From positions 1 to 64,000 of the forward strand of contig JBDHJS010000010.1 of assembly GCA_039586795.1 (NCBI GenBank): a stretch of DNA of 64,000 nucleotides. Reading direction: 5' to 3'. How positions within the stretch are numbered: position 1 is the first letter of the stretch; the number at the start of each line of letters is the position of its first letter. The position numbers and the translations under genes were made by a program. Below the pieces are notes generated by a model that did not search any database, was not told the DNA's origin, and worked only from the letters and a program-made list of their open reading frames with translations. The DNA comes from Gemmatimonadota bacterium. Lineage in GTDB: Bacteria; Gemmatimonadota; Gemmatimonadetes; Palauibacterales; KS3-K002. Below are positions 1-8,507 of this stretch, in pieces.

Positions 1-11
1 ACAAGGCAACG

Positions 12-3000
12 ATGAGCGGCCGGACCGCGGGCGACGCTCGTGGTATCGTCGAGAGAGACGGACTGTGTGGTATCTGCCCGGCCGGCTGTTGGGTAACCGT
101 GTCGATGGAGGATGGCGCGATCAAAGGAGTACGGCCGCAGGATCATCCGCTGGGGATGATCTGCACAAACGGGGCTCACTCCGGGGAGATCGTGCACGAT
201 ACCGACCGCCTACAGTACCCGCTGCGTCGAACCGGCCCGAAGGGCAGCTACGAGTTCGAGCGGATCAGCTGGGACGACGCGTACGAGATCATCGTCGAGA
301 ACTTGCAGCGCTTGAAGGCCGACCACGGACCCGAATCGACGGCGATCTACACCGGGCGGGGCAGCTTCGAACTGGCGCTTTGCGATGTCTTCCAGCCGGA
401 CGGCGTGGCGATCTCATCGGCGTCCAGCGTTCTGTTCCCGTTCGGGTCGCCCAATACTCTTGGCGTCGGTGCGCTGTGTTACGTGTCGTTTGCGATGATC
501 GCGCCGCACGCGACGCTCGGCGAATACTACCACACGATGGATCACGACATAGAGAACGCGGAGTTGATCGTGATCTGGGGCGCCAACCCCGCCACTGACT
601 CGCCGCCGCTGGCCCACGAGCAGATCAAGCGGGCCGTACTACGCGGCGCCGAAGTCATCTGCATCGATCCACAACGTAATTACACCGCGCGGGAAGTCGC
701 TGCCGAGTGGATCCCGGTGCGGCCCGGTACCGATGGCGCGCTGGCATTGGGCATGATCAACGTGCTCATCGAGGAGGAATTGTTCGACGAAGCGTTCGTG
801 AAGGACTGGACGCTCGGCTTCGACGAGCTGGCGACCTACACGCAGCACTTTCGGCCCGAGGTTGTCGAGGACATCACGGGCGTGCCGGCGGAGACCGTGG
901 TGAGCCTGGCGCGGCGTATCGCCCGGGCACGTGGCGCCTGTCCCGTCATGTATACGGGACTCGAGTACTCGGACAGCGGCGTGCAGGCGATACGCGCCGT
1001 CTTCACGCTATGGGCGCTGGCGGGTCAACTGGATGTGCCGGGAGGCCTGAACATCCGGATGCGGGAGAACCAGTTCCCGATCAACCGCCGGGGGCTGGTG
1101 GCGAACCCCAACGTGAAGAAGGCCCTCGGTCGCGATCGCTTTCCCGTCTACAGCATGTACCGCGGCGAGTCGCACGCCATCGCGCTACCGGACTCGGTGT
1201 TGAAAGGCGAGCCATACAAGATCCGCGGGCTGATCGTTCTCGGCGGCTCGATCATCACGGCGTGGCCCAACCCAACTATCTGGCGCGAGACGTTGGGCGC
1301 CCTGGACTTCCTGGTGAGCGTCAACCGGCATCACACGGCGGACTCGGCGTACGCCGACATCGTGTTGCCGGCAACCACCGGGTACGAGATCACCTCCTAC
1401 ATGACCTACGGCCCGATCTTCAAGATTCGCGAGAAGGTGATCGAGCCGGTGGGCGAAGCGCGAAATGACTTCTTTATCCTAGCGGAGCTAGCGGACCGGC
1501 TGGGCTACGGCGAGCTGTATCCGCAGACGGAAGAGGAGTTGCTGCGCTACGTGCTGGATGGCTCCGGCTTCACGCTGGAGGATGTGCAAGCAGCGGGTGG
1601 CGAAGTGCGGATCGACACGGTGATGACGTCGTACAAGAAGTGGGAGAAGGGTGGTCTCCGGGAAGATGGCCAGCCGGGCTTTCGCACGCCGTCCGGAAAG
1701 TTCGAGATCGCTTCCAGCGTGCTGGAGGAGCACGGCTATGACGCGCTGCCGGTATACACCGAGCCGGGCGAAGGCCCGTTGGCCCAGCCGGCGTTGGCGC
1801 AGCAGTACCCGCTGGTGTTCAACTCCGGCGCCCGCATCTTCGCCGACTTCCGTTCCCAGCACCACGGCGTCGAGGGGCTGAGTCGCAAGGCGCCGGCCCC
1901 GCTGGTGACGCTGAACGCAAGCGACGCGGCGCAACGCGGCATTGCCGACGGCGATTGGGTATGGGTGACTACGCCCCGTGGCCGCGCAAAGTATCGGGCG
2001 CGCTTGACGGACGACATCGCGGCGGGCTCGATCGATGCGAATATGGGCGGCGGTGGTCCGCTGGGCCCGCAGGAATGGCAGGACTGCAACGTCAACGATC
2101 TGACCGACCTGAACCGCTACGACCCGATCTCTGGTTTCCCTGTCTACAAGGCGCTGCTCTGTGACGTCGTGAAGGCGAAAGGCGGCAACGGTGCCGGCCG
2201 ACGAGCGGAAGAGGAGAGCGAAGCGGTCATCCAGGCGAAAGACATCGAGCGGCCGCTGCGCTACGTGTACCTGGATCACAACGCGACGACGCCGGTCGAC
2301 CCCGAGGTGTTGGAGTCGATGACGCCGCATCTGCAGGACGCCTACGGCAACCCATCCAGTATTCACAGCCATGGTAACGAAGCGCGGGACGCGGTGGAGG
2401 CAGCGCGGCGCGTAGTGGCGCAGGCGCTCAACTGCACAGCGCGGCGCGTGATCTTCACCGGCGGTGGCTCCGAGTCTGACAACCTGGCGATCAAGGGTGC
2501 GGCGTTGGCGGCGCGTGATGCGGGCAACCACATCATCACGACGACGGTTGAACACCCGGCGGTGCTTCGGACCTGTGAAGCTCTGGCGGACTTCGGCTTC
2601 GAGGTGACGTATCTGGATGTAGATGCGACGGGTCGAGTCGATCCAGCGGCCTTCCGGGACGCGATCAAGCCGACAACGATCCTGGCCAGCGTGATGCTGG
2701 CGAACAGCGAAGTCGGAACGGTCAATCCGATCGCCGAGCTGGCGGCTATCGCCCGGGAGTGTGGCGTTCTGTTCCACACCGACGCCGTGCAGGGACTGGG
2801 CAAGCTTGCATTAGACGTTGAGGAGCTGGGCGTCGATCTGTTGTCGGTCTCCGGGCACAAGGTGTACGGACCGAAGGGCGTCGGCGCGTTGTACACGCGG
2901 AAGGATGTGGAGCTTCACCCGCTCATCCACGGCGGCGGCCAGGAGCGTAAGCTGCGAGCCGGCACCGAGAACGTCCCCGGCATCGTCGGATTCGGGAAAG

Positions 3001-3422
3001 CCTGCGAGCTGGCGGTGCGCCGACTAAACCACGGTCAGCTGGATCGTGTCCGCGAACTACGCGACAGCCTGGAGAGCGGTATCAAGGATATCGTTCCCGA
3101 GGCGCACCTCAACGGTCACCGTGACGAGCGGCTCCCCAACACTCTTAACCTGACGCTTCCCGGCATGCGTGGTGAATCGCTGGTCCTGTTCATGGATCGC
3201 CGCGGCGTCTACTTCTCGTCCGGTTCCGCCTGCAAATCGGGCAATCCGGACCCCTCCCACGTGCTCAAGGCGATGGGACTGAGCGACGAAGACGCCCATT
3301 GCGCGATTCGCTTGACGCTCGGCGTGGGTACGACGGATGAGGACGTTGCGTACGTGTTGGAGAGTCTGCGTGAGATCGTCGGTGATCAGGAGCGGAGTGT
3401 GCGGTTTGTGGCGTGCCGGTGA
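12..3422 (+). CDS. Molybdopterin (bis-MGD, DMSO reductase family) oxidoreductase fused to C-terminal IscS/NifS-type cysteine desulfurase
   Basis: N-terminal CGICPAGC...C [4Fe-4S] motif, RLQYPLRR, WGANP, TPSGKFE and C-terminal Mo-dinucleotide domain. From ~2262: YLDHNATTP, PLP lysine SGHKVYGPKG, RAGTEN, catalytic SSGSAC. One uninterrupted ORF. Confidence 0.9.
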   Translation: MSGRTAGDARGIVERDGLCGICPAGCWVTVSMEDGAIKGVRPQDHPLGMICTNGAHSGEIVHDTDRLQYPLRRTGPKGSYEFERISWDDAYEIIVENLQRLKADHGPESTAIYTGRGSFELALCDVFQPDGVAISSASSVLFPFGSPNTLGVGALCYVSFAMIAPHATLGEYYHTMDHDIENAELIVIWGANPATDSPPLAHEQIKRAVLRGAEVICIDPQRNYTAREVAAEWIPVRPGTDGALALGMINVLIEEELFDEAFVKDWTLGFDELATYTQHFRPEVVEDITGVPAETVVSLARRIARARGACPVMYTGLEYSDSGVQAIRAVFTLWALAGQLDVPGGLNIRMRENQFPINRRGLVANPNVKKALGRDRFPVYSMYRGESHAIALPDSVLKGEPYKIRGLIVLGGSIITAWPNPTIWRETLGALDFLVSVNRHHTADSAYADIVLPATTGYEITSYMTYGPIFKIREKVIEPVGEARNDFFILAELADRLGYGELYPQTEEELLRYVLDGSGFTLEDVQAAGGEVRIDTVMTSYKKWEKGGLREDGQPGFRTPSGKFEIASSVLEEHGYDALPVYTEPGEGPLAQPALAQQYPLVFNSGARIFADFRSQHHGVEGLSRKAPAPLVTLNASDAAQRGIADGDWVWVTTPRGRAKYRARLTDDIAAGSIDANMGGGGPLGPQEWQDCNVNDLTDLNRYDPISGFPVYKALLCDVVKAKGGNGAGRRAEEESEAVIQAKDIERPLRYVYLDHNATTPVDPEVLESMTPHLQDAYGNPSSIHSHGNEARDAVEAARRVVAQALNCTARRVIFTGGGSESDNLAIKGAALAARDAGNHIITTTVEHPAVLRTCEALADFGFEVTYLDVDATGRVDPAAFRDAIKPTTILASVMLANSEVGTVNPIAELAAIARECGVLFHTDAVQGLGKLALDVEELGVDLLSVSGHKVYGPKGVGALYTRKDVELHPLIHGGGQERKLRAGTENVPGIVGFGKACELAVRRLNHGQLDRVRELRDSLESGIKDIVPEAHLNGHRDERLPNTLNLTLPGMRGESLVLFMDRRGVYFSSGSACKSGNPDPSHVLKAMGLSDEDAHCAIRLTLGVGTTDEDVAYVLESLREIVGDQERSVRFVACR

Positions 3423-3516
3423 GGTGGTAGGTAGTCGGTGGTAGTGTACTGGGCAGCCGGCATTTGGCGTACGTGAAGACCACACCACCTACCATCTACC
3501 ACCGACCACCACCTAC
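3423..3516. repeat. Imperfect heptamer repeats (GGTGGTA/GGTAGTC) arranged as an inverted repeat between convergent genes; possible bidirectional terminator or REP-like element
   Basis: ggtggtaggtagtcggtggtag at 3423-3444; complementary ccacctaccatctaccaccgaccaccacc at ~3486-3513. Confidence 0.55.
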
Positions 3517-5381
3517 GGCTTCACACCAGCAGTCCATCCGCTAAGTGCCTCGAACACTTCAAGCGCAAAATCCACTTTCCCAAACGGCGCGCTCACCTGC
3601 ACGCCCTGCACGTGGGACTCCAGCCTCGCGACCATCTCCCGGGCGATCGCCAGGCCTTCTTGCATCCCTTCCTCTTTTCCCTTCTCGCTAGCGACTTGCA
3701 TGCGCTTCAGTACCTCGGCCGGCACTTCGACGCCGGGAACCTCGTTGTTGAGGAACTCGGCGTTGCGGAAGGAGACGAGTGGCCAGATAGCGGCGATCAC
3801 CGGGATGCGGACGTGGTCGATGCGCTCGAGGAAGGCGAGGAAACGGTCGACGTCGAATATCGGCTGGGTGATGGCGTACTGGGCGCCGGCGTCGACTTTC
3901 CACTCGAAGTGGTGGATCTCATAGTCCGGATCGATGGACGCGTGGTTCACGCCAACGCCCTGAAAGAAACTGGTCGGCTCGCCGATGGGGTTGTCGCCGG
4001 GGTCGAGTCCCTCGTTCAGCTTGCGAACCAGGTTCGTCAGACCGACGGAGTCGATGTCGAAGACGGCCGTCGCATCGGGATAGGGTCCCATGCGCGGCGG
4101 GTCGCCGGTGATGATGAGCAGGTTGCGGAGCCCCAGGGCGTGGGCGCCCAACAGATCGCTCATCATGCCCAGCAGATTGCGGTCGCGGCAGCAGTAGTGG
4201 GGGATGGTCTCGAGCCCGACTTCGCGCTCGATGATCGAGCAGCTGGCCAACACACCCATCCGCATCATCGCTCGCGGCCCGTCGGGGACGTTCACGGCAT
4301 CGACGCCGGCGGCCTTCAGCTTTCTCACTTTCTCCAGGACGTCATCCGGCTCGCCGCCCTTGGGCGGCAAGATCTCCACGCTAGTGACCATCTCACCGGC
4401 AACGACCTTGCTGGCGAGTCGCGACCGCTGCTCGGTGGGGACGGGCTCGACGCCCGGCGTTTTCTCGGCCTCGCGCACGGCGTCGGCGACGACCACTCTC
4501 TGCCGCGGCCGCAGGGCCCGCACCTGGCTGGCCATCGCCGCGATGTGGTCGGGCGTCGTTCCGCAGCAACCGCCGACGAAACGCACGCCGGCCTGAATAA
4601 AACGACGCGTGTACTTTGAGAAGTAGTCGGGGGAGGCCATGTACATTTTCCGGCCTTCCACCTCTCGAGGCAGTCCGGCGTTGGCCATCGCGGAAAGCGG
4701 TCGATTGGTCACCTCGGCCATCTTCTGGATCGCCTTGAGCAGCATAGCCGGACCGACGCTGCAGTTGAGGCCGACGACGTCAGCGCCCGCATTGTCGAGG
4801 TGCAGCGCGATGCGCGCCGGATCGACGCCGTAGATGGTCTCGCCGCCGACCTGCACGGTCATCTGCGCTATGATCGGCAAGTTCGCTGCATCCCTGCAGC
4901 CGAGGATCGCCTGCTCGACTTCCGACAGGTCGCTGAAGGTTTCTACGATGAAGACGTCGGCGCCGCCCTCGGCGAGGGCCTCGGCCTGTTCACGGAAGAT
5001 GGCTCTGGCCTCGTCCCGGGAGGTGGGGCCATACGGTTCGATCCGGATGCCCAAAGGACCGATGGATCCCGCGACGTACAGGTCGTCCCCGGCAACATCG
5101 CGAGCCAACTCTGCGGCCACCCGGTTGATCTCGTGGACCCGGTTGCCCAGGCCGTGCTGATCGAGGCGCATTCGATTGCCGCCGAAGCTGTTGGTCTCGA
5201 GGATCTCGGCACCTGCCTCACGGTAGGCGCGGTGGACATCGCGGACCAATTCCGGGCGCTTGAGATTCACCTCGTCGTAGCTGACGTTGATGAAGACCCC
5301 GCGGCGGTACAGCTCGGTACCCAGCGCACCATCGAACAGGTGGGCGCTGCCGTTCTCAATCAGTTTCCTAAAATCAGGCAT
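3513..5381 (-). CDS. yitJ: Bifunctional homocysteine S-methyltransferase / 5,10-methylenetetrahydrofolate reductase
   Basis: DGALGT, GLNCS and GGCCGTTP Zn motifs; C-terminal MTHFR domain (VPDGPRA, CRDRN, TGDPP, ITQP). Confidence 0.9.
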   Translation of the reverse strand: MPDFRKLIENGSAHLFDGALGTELYRRGVFINVSYDEVNLKRPELVRDVHRAYREAGAEILETNSFGGNRMRLDQHGLGNRVHEINRVAAELARDVAGDDLYVAGSIGPLGIRIEPYGPTSRDEARAIFREQAEALAEGGADVFIVETFSDLSEVEQAILGCRDAANLPIIAQMTVQVGGETIYGVDPARIALHLDNAGADVVGLNCSVGPAMLLKAIQKMAEVTNRPLSAMANAGLPREVEGRKMYMASPDYFSKYTRRFIQAGVRFVGGCCGTTPDHIAAMASQVRALRPRQRVVVADAVREAEKTPGVEPVPTEQRSRLASKVVAGEMVTSVEILPPKGGEPDDVLEKVRKLKAAGVDAVNVPDGPRAMMRMGVLASCSIIEREVGLETIPHYCCRDRNLLGMMSDLLGAHALGLRNLLIITGDPPRMGPYPDATAVFDIDSVGLTNLVRKLNEGLDPGDNPIGEPTSFFQGVGVNHASIDPDYEIHHFEWKVDAGAQYAITQPIFDVDRFLAFLERIDHVRIPVIAAIWPLVSFRNAEFLNNEVPGVEVPAEVLKRMQVASEKGKEEGMQEGLAIAREMVARLESHVQGVQVSAPFGKVDFALEVFEALSGWTAGVKP

Positions 5382-5399
5382 CGGCGCTAACTCTCACAC

Positions 5400-5439
5400 A
5401 AAAACAAAAACGACCCGGCTTAGTTTCGAGCTCGGGTCG
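5400..5439 (-). terminator. Intrinsic terminator of the riboswitch expression platform upstream of yitJ
   Basis: Minus strand CGACCCG-a-GCT...AGC-CGGGTCG followed by TTTTTGTTTTT, ending ~20 nt before the ATG at 5381. Confidence 0.75.
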
Positions 5440-5490
5440 GATCTCCTTCTGTTCGGAGTCGCCGCGGCTGTCTCGTTCCGTGGCGCCCGG

Positions 5491-5542
5491 CTCTTTAGCT
5501 TTTTTTAGGGTGGTTGCAAGCCGCCAGACAAATCAATCCACC
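5491..5542 (-). ncRNA. SAM-II riboswitch aptamer
   Basis: Minus strand GGTGG-ATTGATTT-GTCTGGCGGC-TTGCAA-CCACC-CTAAAAAAA-GCTAAA-GAG: P1 stem GGUGG/CCACC with the conserved GAUUU, UUGCA and GCUAAA elements; lies in the leader of a methionine biosynthesis gene. Confidence 0.85.
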
Positions 5543-5596
5543 TGGAAGGCTCCCAAGATCGCGCCGCTTTCCGTCCCCGTCAAGGTTTTCCCACAC

Positions 5597-5657
5597 CTCC
5601 TGCTCGTACTCGTGATCGTGATCTACGCAGGACGGCGATCAGGATCACGAGCAGGAG
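5597..5657. repeat. Hexamer-repeat hairpin (REP-like)
   Basis: ctcctgctcgtactcgtgatcgtgatc ... gatcaggatcacgagcaggag form an imperfect inverted repeat. Confidence 0.45.
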
Positions 5658-5822
5658 AGGGCGCAGGAACATGCCCCGTGCAGGGGGCGTTATCCTTTTC
5701 AGCCGCCCAAGAAGAGCCGATATTTCATGCCTCGAAGAAACGTTGCACTGGATCGACGCGGGGTTCCCGGACCGACGGGGACGGGTACGCCCGCCGCGAC
5801 ACCCCTCAGCGCAGGGTTGAGC

Positions 5823-7637
5823 ATGACCGACGAGGCGACGCTACGGGAACGAATCGAGGCCCTCCAGGCCGAGGTGCTGGCGCTCAAGCAGCAAGAGCGT
5901 CTCCTGGTTGAGCACGCCGCGGATGCCTTCTTCCTCATCGATCACAACGAGACGATCGTCGACGTCAACCAGAGCGCCTGCGACTCCCTCGGTCGGACCC
6001 GTGAAGAGCTGGTTGGGATGAAGGTCGGCGAGTTCGCCACGCCAGCCGATCCCGACGGTATTCGGGGGATCGTCGAAACGATGATCCCCGGCGTCGGCCA
6101 CACCCGGGAAGGCACGCACACGCGGAAAGACGGATCGAGCTTCCCGGTGGAAGTTCGGATCGGCGCCTTCGAGTACGGCGGCGCGAAGTATTTGGTCGCT
6201 CTGGCCCGCGACCTCAGCCAGCGGCTGGAAGCCGAGAGCGCGCTACGAGAAAGCGAGGAGCGACTCGCCGCGGTGCTGCGAAGCGCGATGGACGCGATCA
6301 TCATCATCGACTCCAAGTCCAAGATCACGCTGTTCAACGAGGCGGCCGAGAAGGTCTTCCGCTGCGACGCCGACCAGGCGATCGGCCAACCGTTCGAGCG
6401 CTTTCTGGGCACGGCGTTCAGGGCGCTGGTACCGGGCTGCCTGGAGCCGAACGGTGAGGACGACACCGGCCAGCGCTACCTGTGGGTCCCGGAAGGACTG
6501 ACGGCGCGACGGCTGGACGGCGAGGAGTTCCCGGTCGAGGCGACGATCTCGAGGGTGCAGGTCGGTGACCAGGAACTGCGCACGATCATCCTCCGAGATG
6601 TGAACGAGCGAAAGCGAATCGAGGACGAGCTGCGCCAGATCCAGCGCGAGAAGATCTACCTGCAGGAAGAGCTGAGCACGGTCCACAACTTCGAGTCGAT
6701 GGTCGGCTCCAGCCCGGAAATGAAGGCGGTTTTCGAGGAAATCGAGAAGGTCGCGGGGACCGACTCCACCGTTCTGATCACTGGCGAGACGGGGTCGGGC
6801 AAGGAGCTGATCGCTCGGGCAATCCACAACGCAAGTCGTCGGAAGAGCCGCGTATTGGTCAAGGTCAACTGTGCGGCGTTCCCTGCCGGACTGATCGAGA
6901 GCGAGTTGTTCGGGCACGAGAAGGGGGCGTTCACCGGCGCTCACGCCCGAAGAATCGGACGCTTCGAGCTGGCGAACGGCGGCACGATCTTCCTCGACGA
7001 AATCGGAGAGCTGCCGCCCGACCTGCAGATCAAACTCCTGCGCGTCCTCCAGGAAGGCGAGTTCGAGCGGCTGGGTAGCACGACGACGCAGCGGGTCGAT
7101 GTGCGGGTCATCGCCGCCACCAATCGCGACATCGCGGCGGCGGTCGAGCAGGATCGCTTCCGCTCCGACCTATTCTATCGGCTCAACGTCTTCCCGATCC
7201 GTGTGCCCTCCCTGCGAGAACGCAAGTCCGATATTCCGCTGCTCATTCAGCATTTTGCCGTGAAGTATGGCACCAAGCTAGGGAAGCAGATCGAATCGAT
7301 CCCCAGGAATGTCATGACCCAACTCCAGGCGTACGACTGGCCCGGCAACGTCAGAGAGCTGGAGAACGTGATCGAGCGCGCCGTCATACTCAGCTCCGGT
7401 TCCGAGCTGGAGCCCGGCCGCTTCATCGCCGAGGTCAGCGGGCCGGCCGGTCAGTCCCAGATCCCGACCCTGGAAGAGCTGGAGCGGGATCACATCGTCT
7501 CAGTCCTGGAGCTCACAGGCTGGCGTGTCCGGGGCGAGAACGGGTCCGCGGCGCTGCTGGGTCTCAAGCCCACAACTTTGGAGGCCAGAATGAAGAAGCT
7601 GGGGATCGAGCGGCAAAAAAACTCCAATATTTCGTAG
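5823..7637 (+). CDS. PAS-PAS sigma54-dependent (FhlA/NifA-like) transcriptional activator
   Basis: Two PAS domains (RKDGSSFPVEV, RLDGEEFPVE), Walker A GETGSGKE, intact GAFTGA, FLDEIG, WPGNVREL, C-terminal HTH. Start chosen at ATG 5823; ORF open from 5727. Confidence 0.9.
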   Translation: MTDEATLRERIEALQAEVLALKQQERLLVEHAADAFFLIDHNETIVDVNQSACDSLGRTREELVGMKVGEFATPADPDGIRGIVETMIPGVGHTREGTHTRKDGSSFPVEVRIGAFEYGGAKYLVALARDLSQRLEAESALRESEERLAAVLRSAMDAIIIIDSKSKITLFNEAAEKVFRCDADQAIGQPFERFLGTAFRALVPGCLEPNGEDDTGQRYLWVPEGLTARRLDGEEFPVEATISRVQVGDQELRTIILRDVNERKRIEDELRQIQREKIYLQEELSTVHNFESMVGSSPEMKAVFEEIEKVAGTDSTVLITGETGSGKELIARAIHNASRRKSRVLVKVNCAAFPAGLIESELFGHEKGAFTGAHARRIGRFELANGGTIFLDEIGELPPDLQIKLLRVLQEGEFERLGSTTTQRVDVRVIAATNRDIAAAVEQDRFRSDLFYRLNVFPIRVPSLRERKSDIPLLIQHFAVKYGTKLGKQIESIPRNVMTQLQAYDWPGNVRELENVIERAVILSSGSELEPGRFIAEVSGPAGQSQIPTLEELERDHIVSVLELTGWRVRGENGSAALLGLKPTTLEARMKKLGIERQKNSNIS

Positions 7638-7656
7638 GCGCCCCAAAATAATGGAG
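7622..7656. promoter_or_regulatory. Inverted repeat at the end of the activator gene; candidate enhancer site or terminator
   Basis: ctccaatattt ... aaataatggag (10/11 complementary) at the start of an AT-rich intergenic region. Confidence 0.3.
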
Positions 7657-7881
7657 AAACTCCCGCCTCTTTAGCCTGTCACGCAGCTATTACAGACTTC
7701 TAAGCCAAATAGCCACAATAAGATAGAGGCTAGTGCCTGGAGCATGGTCCGGTGGCGCGGTTCTTCCAACAATAATCGGGTACCTCAAGCGATTAGCCCC
7801 GCCGGGTAGGCAGTGGTATCCCGTCGATCATTCGACCCGGCGGCCGGCGGCTAGTTGCCCAGCCCTTGAAGGAGGGACCGC

Positions 7882-8475
7882 ATGATAGCCCCGGCAAATG
7901 TGTTGGCAGCCGAGGGGATGGTGGCGCTGGAGGCCGAGGATAAGCGCGAGGCCTTCGAGCGGGAAGCCGTTCCCCATCTGGATAGCGTTTACCGATTCGC
8001 ATTAGGACTTGCAGGCGACCCTGCGTACGCAGAGGATCTGACGCAGGAAGCGATGTTGCGGGCGTACCGTTCCTGGCACCGTTACCGTCCGGGAACCAAC
8101 GTGCGCGCCTGGCTGACGACGATCCTACGGAACGTGGCGATCAGCAATTACCGGCGCGCGCGACCCACCACCTACGACTGCGATTTCAGTGAGGTCGAGG
8201 AGTACGTACAGAGCCACAAGAGCTGGGACAGCGATCCCGAGGCCCGACTGCTCGATCGGCTCACGGCCCGTGAAGTGATCGCGGCGATTCACACGCTGGA
8301 ACCCGAGTTCCGGGAAACTGTTCTTCTAAGAGACGTGGAGGGCCTGAGCTACGAGGAAGTGGCGAAGCAGACGAACGTTCCGGTCGGCACGGTGAAGTCG
8401 AGGCTGTACCGAGGACGGCGGGCGCTGCACAGCAGGCTATCCGCCCACGCCGCAGACGCGGGGGTCTCAGGCTAG
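7882..8475 (+). CDS. ECF RNA polymerase sigma-70 factor
   Basis: AEDLTQE region 2, AWLTTI, LSYEEVA...VGTVKSRLYRGR region 4; RBS GGAGGG. Confidence 0.9.
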   Translation: MIAPANVLAAEGMVALEAEDKREAFEREAVPHLDSVYRFALGLAGDPAYAEDLTQEAMLRAYRSWHRYRPGTNVRAWLTTILRNVAISNYRRARPTTYDCDFSEVEEYVQSHKSWDSDPEARLLDRLTAREVIAAIHTLEPEFRETVLLRDVEGLSYEEVAKQTNVPVGTVKSRLYRGRRALHSRLSAHAADAGVSG

Positions 8476-8507
8476 AGGGGAAACTCCTTTCCAGGGAGGG
8501 ACTCGAG

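Noticed and set aside
3411..3450. Selenocysteine read-through of the TGA ending the Mo-IscS fusion
   Set aside because: The TGA is at the natural domain end, an in-frame TAG follows three codons later, and there is no SECIS-like hairpin.
7753..7768. Sigma54 -24/-12 promoter as a firm feature
   Set aside because: The invariant GC at -12 is CC; kept only as a weak hint.
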